Assembly: GCA_002376885.1 (NCBI GenBank)
Contig: DFOW01000001.1
Coordinates: 15,381-79,380, forward strand
Direction: 5' to 3'
Length of the DNA stretch: 64,000 bases
Source: Patescibacteria group bacterium UBA3531
GTDB lineage: Bacteria; Patescibacteriota; Minisyncoccia; Phycocordibacterales; UBA3531
Below are positions 1 through 10,142 of this stretch, one piece after another. The position numbers and the translations under genes were made by a program. The notes below the pieces were generated by a model that had not been told where the DNA came from, did not search any database, and worked only from the letters and a program-made list of their open reading frames with translations. How positions within the stretch are numbered: the first letter of the stretch is position 1; every line of letters starts with the position of its first letter.

Positions 1-356
1 GGGGCATCCCCTTCTTTGTCATAGAGATACTTGGCGTAGGTAATGTTTCCGCCTTCGGTGTAGATGTCTACTCCGAGTGCATCAATTCGCTCTTGGTGAT
101 ACAGCTTATTGATCTGACAGATTCCAATGTCGAATGGATTAACTCGCCCACGTAATACGCTTCCGTCATCGTTGTACTGATTCAGGTTACTTTCGCATGA
201 ACAAATCGCACGAAGCGTTGGGTATCCATAGAATGGATCTTTAATCTCAATTAAGTTGCTATCAACACTTGCAAAGAATGCACTTGGTGAAATAACGAGT
301 GACATAGCAAGAAGCGACGTAAGTACTCCCTTCTGTATGATTCTCGAAAAGATCAT
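1..356 (-). CDS. secreted protein with lysozyme/transglycosylase-like motif; 5' part only, gene continues beyond window edge
   Basis: Minus-strand ATG at ~356 gives MIFSRIIQKGVLTSLLAMSLVISPSAFFA (signal peptide). Then ...CESNLNQY..GRVNPFDIGICQIN, resembling the E-S...Q signature of SLT/lysozyme-like folds. The reading frame stays open to position 1. Not in the ORF track. Confidence 0.35.
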   Translation of the reverse strand, partial: MIFSRIIQKGVLTSLLAMSLVISPSAFFASVDSNLIEIKDPFYGYPTLRAICSCESNLNQYNDDGSVLRGRVNPFDIGICQINKLYHQERIDALGVDIYTEGGNITYAKYLYDKEGDA

Positions 357-542
357 ATTTGTTTTTCAATTAACAATATAATTTCTATATTGGCGCCTCG
401 ACTCGGAAATATATAAGCAAGCTTATTATTTCCTCATACTACGTTGCCAATAAAAAAACACCGGCGAAAACCAGTGATGCAAGAATTGTAGACTATAAAT
501 TTACTTTTGTCAATACCCTAAAAAGTATACCGTAAAATGGCT

Positions 543-806
543 CTACGGGGCCGTATTTTCAGTATTCACCCAATTATTAATTGGCTCTATGATAAACGGA
601 AAAAAGAGTGTATCCCATATCCAAATGAAGGGCTTCTTTAGGTAATCATTCCATAAGGTCTCAAGTACTTGCTTGGTATAGCTAAAATTATCTTGTACAG
701 TCCCCTCTTGGCTTACATCTCGTAAACTAATACCAAACAAGCTCACAATAAAGATTGCAATTGCAATAAGAATAATAAGTTTTACAAGTCCCCGCTCTGT
801 ATTCAT
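543..806 (-). CDS. small membrane protein (hypothetical)
   Basis: 87-aa ORF with a hydrophobic N-terminal helix (LVKLIILIAIAIFIVSLFGI). No recognisable motif. Confidence 0.3.
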   Translation of the reverse strand: MNTERGLVKLIILIAIAIFIVSLFGISLRDVSQEGTVQDNFSYTKQVLETLWNDYLKKPFIWIWDTLFFPFIIEPINNWVNTENTAP

Positions 807-818
807 AGGTTCAGTATA

Positions 819-2120
819 CTATGGCTCTGGCAGGTACGAAAGTGGATTAAGATACCCCCCTGTTTTTGTTAGAAGAGGAATACTGTACGTTACATTGGCA
901 CATGAACGACTATTAAGAGATCCTATCTTTACAGAATCACTAGCAAACACGGTAAAGTGAAGATGCGGACCTGTTGAGTACCCAGAATTACCGGTATAAC
1001 CAATAATTTGATCACTTGTTACCGTCTCTCCGCTTGAAACTCGAATGAGAGATAAGTGAGCATAGAGTGTAGTAAGACCATTATCGTGCTCTATTAAAAT
1101 CCATTTTCCATATGAAGCATTTGGACATGTTGCATCAGTGTTCCCTACTCCAAGTACTTTTCCTTGGCGTGCGGAGTATACGGTTGTCCCTATCCCTACC
1201 GCAAGGTCAATTCCATTATGTCCCCGTCCCGAATAAACCGATGGGTTGGCCGTCGCAAAAGGAGTGTTTCCATAGTATTGAGTGATAATAAAACTCTTAA
1301 GGGGCCATTCGAGTACTCCTGCTCTGGGGGTTGGAAGAAGTGATCGATCAAGTACATCTCGAAGTTCTTGCTCATAAGCGGTAAGCTCTTCCTCAAAGGC
1401 CTCTTTTTTAGCAACTCTGTCTTCTAAAAGTCGCTCAAACTCACTTTGGCGATTTTTTGTTTGATTAAGTAGGAATGCCTTCTCTTCTTTTGTGATTTCA
1501 GTGACCTCTTTTTTATCTATATACTCTCCCCTTAAATCAATAAGCTCTCCTCTGTATTCTGCTGCCTCTTTTGAAGCGGTCTCAAGTGCCAACTTATTTC
1601 TTTGAAGCTCTCCTAATTGGACGGTCATACTTTTTTGTATTGTTTGAAGATCGTTTACTGCACCCCAAAAATCAGACACGGTGTCATGAATAAAAAGTAC
1701 TTCTACAAGTGATGTAGATTCTGCCTCTTGAAGACGCAAGAGTGTTTCTCTAATCGCTTCTTTATTTCTATCAATTTTAGTTCCTGTATCGCCTATTTCA
1801 ATATCAAGGCGCTCAATGTTGAGTTCCGTATTCTCAATCCTTTTTCCTGTTACAACAATGTCTGTTTCAAGCTTTTGTTCAGTATATTGAAGCTCTTTGA
1901 TTGCGGTGTTTAGGGTTGTTGCCTCTTTTTTGGTCTCTTGGACCTTTCCTTCGTACTCTTTAATTTCTTTTTCAAGTTTTTGAACCTCACTTGCTGTTTC
2001 TGTAATCTTTGAACGAAGCTCATCCTCTCTGGAAGCATCAATAACACTTCCAGGCACCAATAAAAGAGATAGTATGAATAATAAAACTACCTGATATCGC
2101 ATACTCTTATTGTAACGCAT
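819..2120 (-). CDS. M23/LytM-family peptidase with long N-terminal coiled coil (EnvC-like murein hydrolase activator)
   Basis: The N-terminal 300 aa are heptad-rich in E, K and L. The C-terminus carries M23 motifs GHNGIDLAV...HLHFTV. Sits next to the cell-wall cluster. Confidence 0.75.
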   Translation of the reverse strand: MRYNKSMRYQVVLLFILSLLLVPGSVIDASREDELRSKITETASEVQKLEKEIKEYEGKVQETKKEATTLNTAIKELQYTEQKLETDIVVTGKRIENTELNIERLDIEIGDTGTKIDRNKEAIRETLLRLQEAESTSLVEVLFIHDTVSDFWGAVNDLQTIQKSMTVQLGELQRNKLALETASKEAAEYRGELIDLRGEYIDKKEVTEITKEEKAFLLNQTKNRQSEFERLLEDRVAKKEAFEEELTAYEQELRDVLDRSLLPTPRAGVLEWPLKSFIITQYYGNTPFATANPSVYSGRGHNGIDLAVGIGTTVYSARQGKVLGVGNTDATCPNASYGKWILIEHDNGLTTLYAHLSLIRVSSGETVTSDQIIGYTGNSGYSTGPHLHFTVFASDSVKIGSLNSRSCANVTYSIPLLTKTGGYLNPLSYLPEP

Positions 2121-3426
2121 TACAAGCTTTTGTAAGTCTCTTTATGGTCTCTTCTTTCCCCAGTATTTCAGCCAGAGTAAAAGGATCTGGGCTTTTTGGG
2201 GCGCCCGAAAGGCTGTAGCGCATGGGCCACAATACATTCCCACGGCCATGTTCTTCTGCGTAACTCCAAACGGCATTTTTTATATCTTCTTTAGTGAATT
2301 CGGCATTGTTAAGAGCCTCAATGAGGGCTTCTAAGTGTCGAATAGTCTCTTCTTTAGGTGGTGCTTTTTTGTTTCCTCCAATTAAGTCTGTATCAAGAGC
2401 TGGCTCTTTGTAGTAATAAGAAAGTTCTCCGTTTTCATGAAGTTCTTGAATATCAGATGCTTTATCGATCCTTTCTTTTAAAAGTTCGTAGATAGCTTCT
2501 TTTTTAGAATGATTAATTATCTCTTCTGGAACATAGTTTTGTATGTATTTTTCAAATTCGCTTTCGTTAAGGTTTCCAACGTAGTGGCGGTTTATCCAGT
2601 TAAGTTTCTCTGTATCAAATATGGCCCCACCCTTTTGGACACTCTCAAGCGAGAACAACTTTATCATCTCCTCAAGAGACAAGATTTCTTCCTCCCCTTT
2701 TGGATGCCATCCGAGGAGTACAAGATAATTAAGGAGAGCCTCTTTTAAGTAGCCCATCTTTTTATATTCAATAATAGATACTGCTCCGTGTCGCTTTGAA
2801 AGCTTAGTCTTATCGGGTGCCAAAATAAGTGGTAAATGAGCATAAATGGGGGTTTTGTAACCCAATGCTTGTTGAATCAAAATTTGACGTGGTGTATTTG
2901 AGATTCCATCTTCTCCACGGATTACATGAGTTACATTGTGATTTGCATCATCTGCAACAACTGCCAAATGATACAAAGGACTTTCCATGTCTTTTGCAAT
3001 AACAAAATCACCAAGTGATTCAGTTTCCATAGTCACCTCTCCACGAATAATGTCTTTAAACGTTATGGGGGTTTTTGGATTTTTAAAACGAATCACTTCT
3101 GGACGATCCCCTTCTTTTTTTACTTCTTCTTGTGACACGTATGCTGCACCTTTCTCAATAAGCTCTTCAAGAACTTTTTTATGGTGCTCCATTTCTGCTT
3201 GTTGTGTGTGGGTGTGGTCCCACTCGATACCAAGCCAAGAAAGGCCTTCTTTAATGTCGTCTTCAAATTCTTTTGTGGAACGTTCTTTGTCAGTATCTTC
3301 AATCCGAAGAACAAATTCCCCTTTATTTTGTTTTGCAAAAAGATAATTAAAAAGTGCTGTTCGAGCGGTACCGACATGTAAGTATCCTGTTGGTGATGGA
3401 GCAATTCGTGTTTTTATAGAAGTCAT
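2107..3426 (-). CDS. gltX: glutamyl-tRNA synthetase
   Basis: Class I HIGH-like motif APSPTGYLHVGTARTALFNY and KMSKS-like KLSKRHG. 439 aa. Confidence 0.9.
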   Translation of the reverse strand: MTSIKTRIAPSPTGYLHVGTARTALFNYLFAKQNKGEFVLRIEDTDKERSTKEFEDDIKEGLSWLGIEWDHTHTQQAEMEHHKKVLEELIEKGAAYVSQEEVKKEGDRPEVIRFKNPKTPITFKDIIRGEVTMETESLGDFVIAKDMESPLYHLAVVADDANHNVTHVIRGEDGISNTPRQILIQQALGYKTPIYAHLPLILAPDKTKLSKRHGAVSIIEYKKMGYLKEALLNYLVLLGWHPKGEEEILSLEEMIKLFSLESVQKGGAIFDTEKLNWINRHYVGNLNESEFEKYIQNYVPEEIINHSKKEAIYELLKERIDKASDIQELHENGELSYYYKEPALDTDLIGGNKKAPPKEETIRHLEALIEALNNAEFTKEDIKNAVWSYAEEHGRGNVLWPMRYSLSGAPKSPDPFTLAEILGKEETIKRLTKACNALQ

Positions 3427-3427
3427 A

Positions 3428-4549
3428 TTACTTGTGTGAACGCGTTATTCGAATAAGTTCTTCTGCGATTTGCTTACCTGCCTCGGGGTGGGCAAGAGAT
3501 TTTAAGGCGTCTCGCATAGCAACATATCCTCCTTGATTGTCAGTGATTCGTTTGAGTTCTGATAAAAATACTGCCTCAGTTAAGTTCTTTTCTTCTATCA
3601 CTGCTGCGCCTTTTCTTCGTGCCAAACTATAGGCGTTGGTTCTTTGATCTCGAGAGATCTCTTCTGGGATAGGAATCAAAATTGAAGGAATCCCCCAATG
3701 GGCGAACTCTAAAATACCAGACCCAGATCGGGAAACGATAAGCGTTGTGATCCCCGCCATTCGTCTCATTCCCTCTTCGTCTAGTGTTGGTACCGCTTTG
3801 TATCGTTCTTTTCCTTTAGCTTTCTCAAAAATAATACGAGCTCGTGCTTCCATATCTTTAAAATTCTTCTCTCCTGTTTGGTGGATTACCTGAAATTGTT
3901 CTACAAGCGTAGGGAGCATATCTAAAATAAAATCATTAATGCGTTGAGCTCCTTGGGAACCTCCTAATACACACAAAACAGGCCCTGGCTGGAATGAAAA
4001 GTGTTCAAACGAACCTTCTTTAATAGGGGTTCTGAGTGCTTCGCGCACTGGTTGCCCCGTAACAGCAGTTTTAGCTTCTGGGAAAAATTCTGCAGCCTCC
4101 TCCCACGATATTGCTACTCGACGAGCAAATTTGCCTGCCCATTTATTTACACGCCCAGGCACCGTGTCTGAATCATGAATCACAACAGGAATTGCTAAAA
4201 GACGTGCCGCAAAAAGTGTTGGGAAGCTTGCATACCCCCCTTTTCCAAAAATAACGTCGGGATAAATAATAAGGAGTCGGATGATGGCAACTAAAATACC
4301 AATGCTGGTTACAAAAAAATCTAAAATGTTTCGAGGGGAAAAATACGTACGAACCTTTCCCGCCGGAATTTTTATAAACTGAATTGAATGACTATCTAAC
4401 AGTTTTTGGTCGTAAGGAGTATTTGATAAAAAATAAAGAGAAAGATCGTTCAATCCTTCTTGTTCTTTTATTTTTTGTATTTCTTCAGCAACGGCAAGGA
4501 TGGGGTAAAAATGTCCTCCTGTGCCACCACCGGTAAATGCGATCTTCAT
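3428..4549 (-). CDS. murG: UDP-GlcNAc:undecaprenyl-PP-MurNAc-pentapeptide GlcNAc transferase
   Basis: N-terminus MKIAFTGGGTGGHFYPILAVAEE is the MurG G-loop. 373 aa. Neighbours are ftsW and mraY. Confidence 0.9.
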   Translation of the reverse strand: MKIAFTGGGTGGHFYPILAVAEEIQKIKEQEGLNDLSLYFLSNTPYDQKLLDSHSIQFIKIPAGKVRTYFSPRNILDFFVTSIGILVAIIRLLIIYPDVIFGKGGYASFPTLFAARLLAIPVVIHDSDTVPGRVNKWAGKFARRVAISWEEAAEFFPEAKTAVTGQPVREALRTPIKEGSFEHFSFQPGPVLCVLGGSQGAQRINDFILDMLPTLVEQFQVIHQTGEKNFKDMEARARIIFEKAKGKERYKAVPTLDEEGMRRMAGITTLIVSRSGSGILEFAHWGIPSILIPIPEEISRDQRTNAYSLARRKGAAVIEEKNLTEAVFLSELKRITDNQGGYVAMRDALKSLAHPEAGKQIAEELIRITRSHK

Positions 4550-4551
4550 TC

Positions 4552-5652
4552 TTAATGTTGATATTTGGAGATATTGAGGATGATCCCTACCTCAAGGAGC
4601 GTAAATAAAAGTGCTGTTCCGCCCTGACTCACAAATAAAATAGGGACTCCAGAGAGCGGAAACACTCCAAGCATCGCGCCAATATTCAAAAATGACTGCG
4701 ACACAACTAGTATAACAATTCCCAAAACAAACAGTCTACTAAAGGAATCGGGTGCCCGAGCAGCTATTTTAAACCCTAAAAGTGCGAATAAAAAGAAGAG
4801 TAGTATCAGTAAAAAGCTTCCAATAAATCCAGATTCTTCACCCCATACCGCAAAAATAGAGTCCCCGATTGGTTCAGGTAAGTAGTTAAATTTTTGAATA
4901 CTCTGCCCCAATCCCCTTCCGGAGACCCCTCCTGATCCAATAGCAATAAGCGATTGTCTAATTTGGTACCCCTCATTAAGCGGATCAACCAAGTTTGGAG
5001 TAATAAAGGTTAAGAGCCTATCTTTAACATAGGGCCTCGCAACAGCAAGTCCGGCGATTCCAAGAAGCATAATAAGAGCAATAATTACAAAATGCGCAAA
5101 GCGTCCTCCTGCTATAAAAAACATGGTGAGACCAGTAATTACAATCACCACAAAAAGTCCCGTATTTGGTTGTGCTAAAAGAAGCGCACCAATTAATCCA
5201 AACATAACAAGCATAGGAAGTGTTCCATACTTTAAATCTTTAATTTTGTCTCGCACAGCAGAAAGCCATGCCGAAAAATATAAAACAAAACCAAACTTTA
5301 AAAACTCTGCCGGCTGGAACGATAACGGCCCTAGGTTAATCCATCGCTTTGCACCACCAAGCTCAAGTCCAACCCCCGGGATAAATACAAGGAGTGTCGC
5401 AATAAGAGACAATATAAAAATTAAAAAAGCATACTGCTTCCAAACTTTATAATTTATTTTGGACGCAACAAAAAGTGCCAAAAGTCCACCAACTACTCCA
5501 ATCAATAATTGTTTTGCAAGAACCCAGGTAAAGTTAGCACCGTCGCGAACAAGAAGTCCTAAAGAAGCACTTACAAAAATACCAAGTCCAAATAAAAGTA
5601 GTAAAAGCGTGACAATGAGGAATGACCTATCGACATTGCTTCGTGCCCCCAT
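4552..5652 (-). CDS. ftsW: SEDS-family peptidoglycan glycosyltransferase FtsW/RodA
   Basis: Polytopic 10-TM protein of 366 aa between mraY and murG. SEDS-like loop motifs. Confidence 0.8.
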   Translation of the reverse strand: MGARSNVDRSFLIVTLLLLLFGLGIFVSASLGLLVRDGANFTWVLAKQLLIGVVGGLLALFVASKINYKVWKQYAFLIFILSLIATLLVFIPGVGLELGGAKRWINLGPLSFQPAEFLKFGFVLYFSAWLSAVRDKIKDLKYGTLPMLVMFGLIGALLLAQPNTGLFVVIVITGLTMFFIAGGRFAHFVIIALIMLLGIAGLAVARPYVKDRLLTFITPNLVDPLNEGYQIRQSLIAIGSGGVSGRGLGQSIQKFNYLPEPIGDSIFAVWGEESGFIGSFLLILLFFLFALLGFKIAARAPDSFSRLFVLGIVILVVSQSFLNIGAMLGVFPLSGVPILFVSQGGTALLFTLLEVGIILNISKYQH

Positions 5653-5655
5653 ACT

Positions 5656-6717
5656 CTATCCAATGAGTGCAATAATCATTCCAAAGATAGCAAAAACTAC
5701 TCCCACTACCCAAAATCGCATGGTTACTTTGTGTGCTGGCCATCCAAGCGCTTCAAAATGATGATGAATCGGCGCAACAAGAAATACCTTTTTACCGTTA
5801 CGCATTTTTTTAGAGCTAGTTTGAATGATCACTGATGCTGAAGCAAGGTAAAGTGGAAAGGCAATTACCAAAAGCGGTACCACTGCCTCTGTTAAAAAGG
5901 CAATTACAGAAAGCGTTGCCGTAAGTCCAATCATTCCTGTCTCTCCCATATAAAATCGTGCTGGTGGAATATTGAACCATAAAAAGGCAAGTATTCCTCC
6001 TGCTATCACTGCAGAAAGCGCCGCAATATCAATTTGATCTTGAAAGAAAGCAATACCAGCATATGCTGCAAAAATTGATGCCATGGTCCCTCCTGCTAAT
6101 CCATCCAAACCATCAATTACTCCACCCGAGAAAAGCGAGAGCATAACCATCATAAAGAATGGAATAAAGAGGATTCCAAGCTCAAAACTTTCACTCAAAA
6201 ATGGAATAGGGATAGCAGAGTATTCAAGTTTAAAGTAAAACCACCATGCCCCTACAAGCCCGATTAAAAGCACGAGCCCAATTCTTCGTGTAAGTGACAG
6301 CCCGCCTGCAATATAGGTTCCCCCTCCGCGAACCATTAAAATGTCGTCAATTAAACCAACAAGAGACGCTGCAAATAAAGTAAAGAGCGGGAGCCACGTT
6401 TGATTATTTGAGAGAAAGTTTATTTTTTCAGAAAAAGGAGTTGGAAATACCATAGAAATAGCCCAGAACAAAAAAGTTGTTAGAAGGACACTTCCCCAAA
6501 TAACAATGCCTCCCATGCGTGGTGTTCCTACTTCTTTTTCTTTATGAAGCTTATTAAAGATAGGAGTTCCTCCACCTGCCAAGCCTTCTGTCCTTGCCTT
6601 CTTTTTCCATGCTTTGTACTTGTACAAATAGTGAGCAACAATGGGTGTGATAGCAATTCCAATAACAAAAGCGGTTGTTGATGGAAGTAAAATTTTTACA
6701 AAGCTATCAATTGGCAT
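5656..6717 (-). CDS. mraY: phospho-N-acetylmuramoyl-pentapeptide transferase
   Basis: 353-aa polytopic protein. MraY-like motifs DDxxD (GLIDDILMVRGG) and HHHFE (APIHHHFEALGW). Confidence 0.9.
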   Translation of the reverse strand: MPIDSFVKILLPSTTAFVIGIAITPIVAHYLYKYKAWKKKARTEGLAGGGTPIFNKLHKEKEVGTPRMGGIVIWGSVLLTTFLFWAISMVFPTPFSEKINFLSNNQTWLPLFTLFAASLVGLIDDILMVRGGGTYIAGGLSLTRRIGLVLLIGLVGAWWFYFKLEYSAIPIPFLSESFELGILFIPFFMMVMLSLFSGGVIDGLDGLAGGTMASIFAAYAGIAFFQDQIDIAALSAVIAGGILAFLWFNIPPARFYMGETGMIGLTATLSVIAFLTEAVVPLLVIAFPLYLASASVIIQTSSKKMRNGKKVFLVAPIHHHFEALGWPAHKVTMRFWVVGVVFAIFGMIIALIG

Positions 6718-6729
6718 ACTAAGATAACG

Positions 6730-7623
6730 TTAATATTTAAAAGTTGCCCACACTAATTCTTCAACATCAGTAAAACGATCTTCTTTGGTTGAGCCAAGAA
6801 CAACAACTGCAATAGGGTGTCCTGGTTCTTTTTCAAACACAACAGCTAGGTTTCCTCCTGCAAGGTCGGTAAAACCAGTTTTCCCTGCTAAAAGTGAAGG
6901 AATATTGTTGGTAATAACGTTAGTGTTGCTTATTGTGTGTGCTCCGTAATTTAACGAGTATACCGTTGCGCTTTCGTTTTTTGTTTTCCCAAACAAGTCG
7001 TAATGATTTTGAACTGCATATCCTAAAAGATCAGCGGTGTCTTCTGCAGAACCATAGGACCCACCAATATAGTCGGTAACATCAAGACCTGACTCGTTTA
7101 AATAGTAGGTATTAGACAGCCCAAGTTCTTCTGCCTTTTTATTCATCTCTTCAATAAGATCAACATTAAATGATGATTCAACGGTTGATTTAATAGCACT
7201 ACTTCCGTCATTTGAAGAAATCAAAAGAGTAAGTCCTAAAAGCTCTTTACTTTCCCATAGCTCATCCAAAAAAAGTCCGCTATCCCCTTCAGTCATTAAG
7301 TCACGTTCTTCTATAGAGACAAGTGCTGTATCTCCCAAATATTCACGAGCAACAATCGATGACATTACTTTGGTAAGAGACGCTAGTGGATGTTTTTCAT
7401 TTTTATTTTTTGCATATAAAACTTCTCCTGTCTTTAGGTCTTTTACAATCCCTGCTTGCCCAACAATGGTAACACTTGGGAAGGTGCGTGCTGGTTCTAT
7501 AACTTCCGCCTCTGTTTCTACTTGCAAATCATCAACAAATGGCAAGAAGGTAAGTAAAACAAGCAAAAGAATGCCTACACCGTAGAAAATTTCGTCCTTG
7601 TATTCTTTAAAGCGATTCATCAT
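6730..7623 (-). CDS. serine-type D-Ala-D-Ala carboxypeptidase (PBP5/DacA-like)
   Basis: Signal/TM N-terminus. SxxK active-site motif ASLTKVMS, SxN (ISSNDG) and KTG (AGKTGFT). Confidence 0.75.
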   Translation of the reverse strand: MMNRFKEYKDEIFYGVGILLLVLLTFLPFVDDLQVETEAEVIEPARTFPSVTIVGQAGIVKDLKTGEVLYAKNKNEKHPLASLTKVMSSIVAREYLGDTALVSIEERDLMTEGDSGLFLDELWESKELLGLTLLISSNDGSSAIKSTVESSFNVDLIEEMNKKAEELGLSNTYYLNESGLDVTDYIGGSYGSAEDTADLLGYAVQNHYDLFGKTKNESATVYSLNYGAHTISNTNVITNNIPSLLAGKTGFTDLAGGNLAVVFEKEPGHPIAVVVLGSTKEDRFTDVEELVWATFKY

Positions 7624-8149
7624 CTCGTGTTTCTAATGACTGTTGCATTGTAGCATTATATTGCTCGTATTCTGGGAGCTCTTTTTGCTCTTTTATACCC
7701 AAATGAGAGAAAAGATCGTTAGTGGGCCGATATAAAAAGGTTCTGGCGTCGGCTGGGTTTGGAGTCTTTTCAATAAGTCCGCGAATTAAAAGGTTCCGCA
7801 AAATAAACCCCGAATTTACCCCTCTTACATAATCAATGTCGCTTTTGGTAATAGGGGCTCTGTATAAAATAATAGAAAGTGTTTCAAGCGCTGCTTTAGT
7901 AAGCGGCCCAGTGACTTCTTCTTTCGCAAGCGTATCAATAAGTTCAGAAACGTCTTGATGTGTTCCGAGTGTTATATCTTGATCCCGAATAACAGCAACA
8001 ATCCCCCGGTCTTCAAGCGACTGACTAAGTTCGTGGCATGCATTTTTTATCTCTTCCTCACTTTTGTTAAGCGTTTTTGCAAGGTATTTAAACATGAGAG
8101 GTTCTCCCTTAAAAAATAGTAATGCTTCTATGGTTTGGTTTAGGTTCAT
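7607..8149 (-). CDS. scpB: segregation and condensation protein B
   Basis: 180 aa. Winged-helix ScpB-like N-terminus (IEALLFFKGEPL), directly downstream of scpA with an overlapping stop/start. Confidence 0.75.
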   Translation of the reverse strand: MNLNQTIEALLFFKGEPLMFKYLAKTLNKSEEEIKNACHELSQSLEDRGIVAVIRDQDITLGTHQDVSELIDTLAKEEVTGPLTKAALETLSIILYRAPITKSDIDYVRGVNSGFILRNLLIRGLIEKTPNPADARTFLYRPTNDLFSHLGIKEQKELPEYEQYNATMQQSLETRDDESL

Positions 8150-8880
8150 GCTTCTTGTTTGTGAGTTTCTATCGTAATATCGTCAAACTTTTCAGATTGG
8201 GTTGCGTGTACTACCTCTTGCTTCACAAGCTCAAGGATTGCTAAAAAGCTTACCACAACATTAAGCTTCTCTTCCTTCCCCATTGGTTCTTCTTTATGTC
8301 CTGAGATTTTTTTAAAGCTCGTAGAAAGACTCACCTGGACTTTTTCTCGTAAGTTATCAATCATCTCTTCAAGACTCATTACTTTTGCAATGGTTGCCTC
8401 GGGAGTTTTTTCAGTCCCTGGAAGAGTTTTTAAACAACTTGCCAAAAGAGAACTAAGTTCGTTCACATTGGTTCGTTCGTCAGGAGAAAAGAATGGTTCG
8501 GGAGTAAAGCTTCGTTTGCCCCAAAAGATTTTTCTTTTTCCATACTGTTTATCTATATGTTCAGAAAGTCGTTTGATTTCTTTATAATCACGTAAACGTT
8601 TCTCCAACTCTTCGATACTTTGCTCTTCCTCTTCAGATAGTTCGAGGGTTGGCAGCAAAGAGAGTGATTTAAGAAGCAAAAGAGCGCTTGCCACCAATAA
8701 AAAGTGCGCGGTTTGTGCAATAGGAAGGTTTTCTAGCTTTTGTAGGTGCTCGATATATCCGTCTGCTACTTCTTTAAGAGAGACTTCATTGATAGAAAGT
8801 TGTTTTTTTTCGATTAAATCAAGAAGGAGTTCGAGGGGTCCCTCAAACTCCCCCACGCGCGCAGTAAAGGTTTCTGTCAT
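8146..8880 (-). CDS. scpA: segregation and condensation protein A
   Basis: 244 aa. ScpA-like N-terminal motif FEGPLELLLDLIEKKQL. Overlaps scpB by 4 nt. Confidence 0.8.
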   Translation of the reverse strand: MTETFTARVGEFEGPLELLLDLIEKKQLSINEVSLKEVADGYIEHLQKLENLPIAQTAHFLLVASALLLLKSLSLLPTLELSEEEEQSIEELEKRLRDYKEIKRLSEHIDKQYGKRKIFWGKRSFTPEPFFSPDERTNVNELSSLLASCLKTLPGTEKTPEATIAKVMSLEEMIDNLREKVQVSLSTSFKKISGHKEEPMGKEEKLNVVVSFLAILELVKQEVVHATQSEKFDDITIETHKQEA

Positions 8881-8918
8881 GGCAAAATAGTACCATTTTA
8901 AGCCATTTTTTCAAGGTT

Positions 8919-9860
8919 TTAGAGTGTTGATAGTGCTTTGTCTATCGAAGGATATTTATAGGCAAATTGGGCTTCTTTAAGCTTCTTGGGTGTAACCTTC
9001 TGACTCCCTAAAATAACACTTCCAAGTTCCCCCATCACGAGTTTTAATGCAAACCCGGGAACAAAAAAGAGAGTTGGTCTCTTGAGGGCTTTCCCCAATG
9101 CTTTAGTAAACACTTTATTTCTTACTGGTTCAGGAGAGACCGCATTAATAGGCCCTTCGAGTGAATCATCTATAAGAGCTTTTTTATATACCTCAATAAG
9201 ATCATCAATGTGGATCCATGAAAACCATTGCTCTCCATTCCCAAGCTTCCCCCCTAAAAACCATTTAAATACAGGAACAAGTTTTTTAAGCATTCCCCCA
9301 CCCGGACCAAGCACAATCCCTGTCCGTACCGAAACGGTCCGCATACCTAAATCATTAAATTGTTCTCGGGCACGTTCCCATGCAATACACACGGTAGCTA
9401 AAAAATCCCCTCCCGGCGGCAAACTCTCGGTCAATTCGGTCTCTCCTTGTGCTCCGTAATAACCAATAGCTGATGCACTTATAAAAATAGATGGCCTTGT
9501 ATCGCCCTCTTTACACTTCTCATATAAAGCCTCTGCTGTTTTTACGCGACTCTCAACAATGAGCTCTTTGTAGTCTTTAGTCCACCTTCCAAAAATATTT
9601 ACTCCCGCTAAGTGCACAATTGCATCACACTCCAAAACTCTTTCAGGAACTTCTTCCTTCATTAAATCTACTTTTACAAACGAAGCCCCTTGGACTGATT
9701 GTTTGGGTGGATGAAGATCAAGAATTAAAACGGCATGACCGTCACGCGCAAGAGATTCTGAAAGTTTAGAGCCAACAAATCCGGCTCCTCCGGTAATAGC
9801 GATGTTCATGTATTGAAGTATACCAAAATGTATGATTGTATTGCGTATAGAAAGGAGCAC
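8919..9860 (-). CDS. NAD-dependent epimerase family protein (YfcH/TIGR01777-like, N-terminal Rossmann + C-terminal DUF1731)
   Basis: GxxGxxG Rossmann motif ITGGAGFVGSKL near the N-terminus. The C-terminal region resembles DUF1731. Confidence 0.65.
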   Translation of the reverse strand: MLLSIRNTIIHFGILQYMNIAITGGAGFVGSKLSESLARDGHAVLILDLHPPKQSVQGASFVKVDLMKEEVPERVLECDAIVHLAGVNIFGRWTKDYKELIVESRVKTAEALYEKCKEGDTRPSIFISASAIGYYGAQGETELTESLPPGGDFLATVCIAWERAREQFNDLGMRTVSVRTGIVLGPGGGMLKKLVPVFKWFLGGKLGNGEQWFSWIHIDDLIEVYKKALIDDSLEGPINAVSPEPVRNKVFTKALGKALKRPTLFFVPGFALKLVMGELGSVILGSQKVTPKKLKEAQFAYKYPSIDKALSTL

Positions 9861-9862
9861 TC

Positions 9863-10084
9863 ATGGAGGGCCTTACCCCGAAAGAGATCGGTATTGCAAT
9901 CGCAGTCATTGTATGGGTTGCTTTCTGGATTACTCTCATCATCGTAATGTGGGGCCAGAGGTGCAGTGTATGCAATGAGAAGATCGCCATCCTTGAACCG
10001 CGCTACTTCGATGAGGAGGAGAAGCCCTACCACATCGACTGTGCAAGGGTACGTCGTTTCAAGGAGAAAGCCACCGGAGACTAA
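9863..10084 (+). CDS. small membrane protein with C-terminal Cys/His cluster (hypothetical; first gene of GC-rich island 1)
   Basis: Strong SD (AAAGGAGCACTC-ATG). One TM helix (IAIAVIVWVAFWITLIIVMW), then CSVC...HIDC. Local GC is clearly higher than the flanks. Confidence 0.4.
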   Translation: MEGLTPKEIGIAIAVIVWVAFWITLIIVMWGQRCSVCNEKIAILEPRYFDEEEKPYHIDCARVRRFKEKATGD

Positions 10085-10142
10085 ACCGGTGGTTCTCTTT
10101 TTTTGTATGTATGATATAACGCTATTTAGAAGGGGGGGTCCT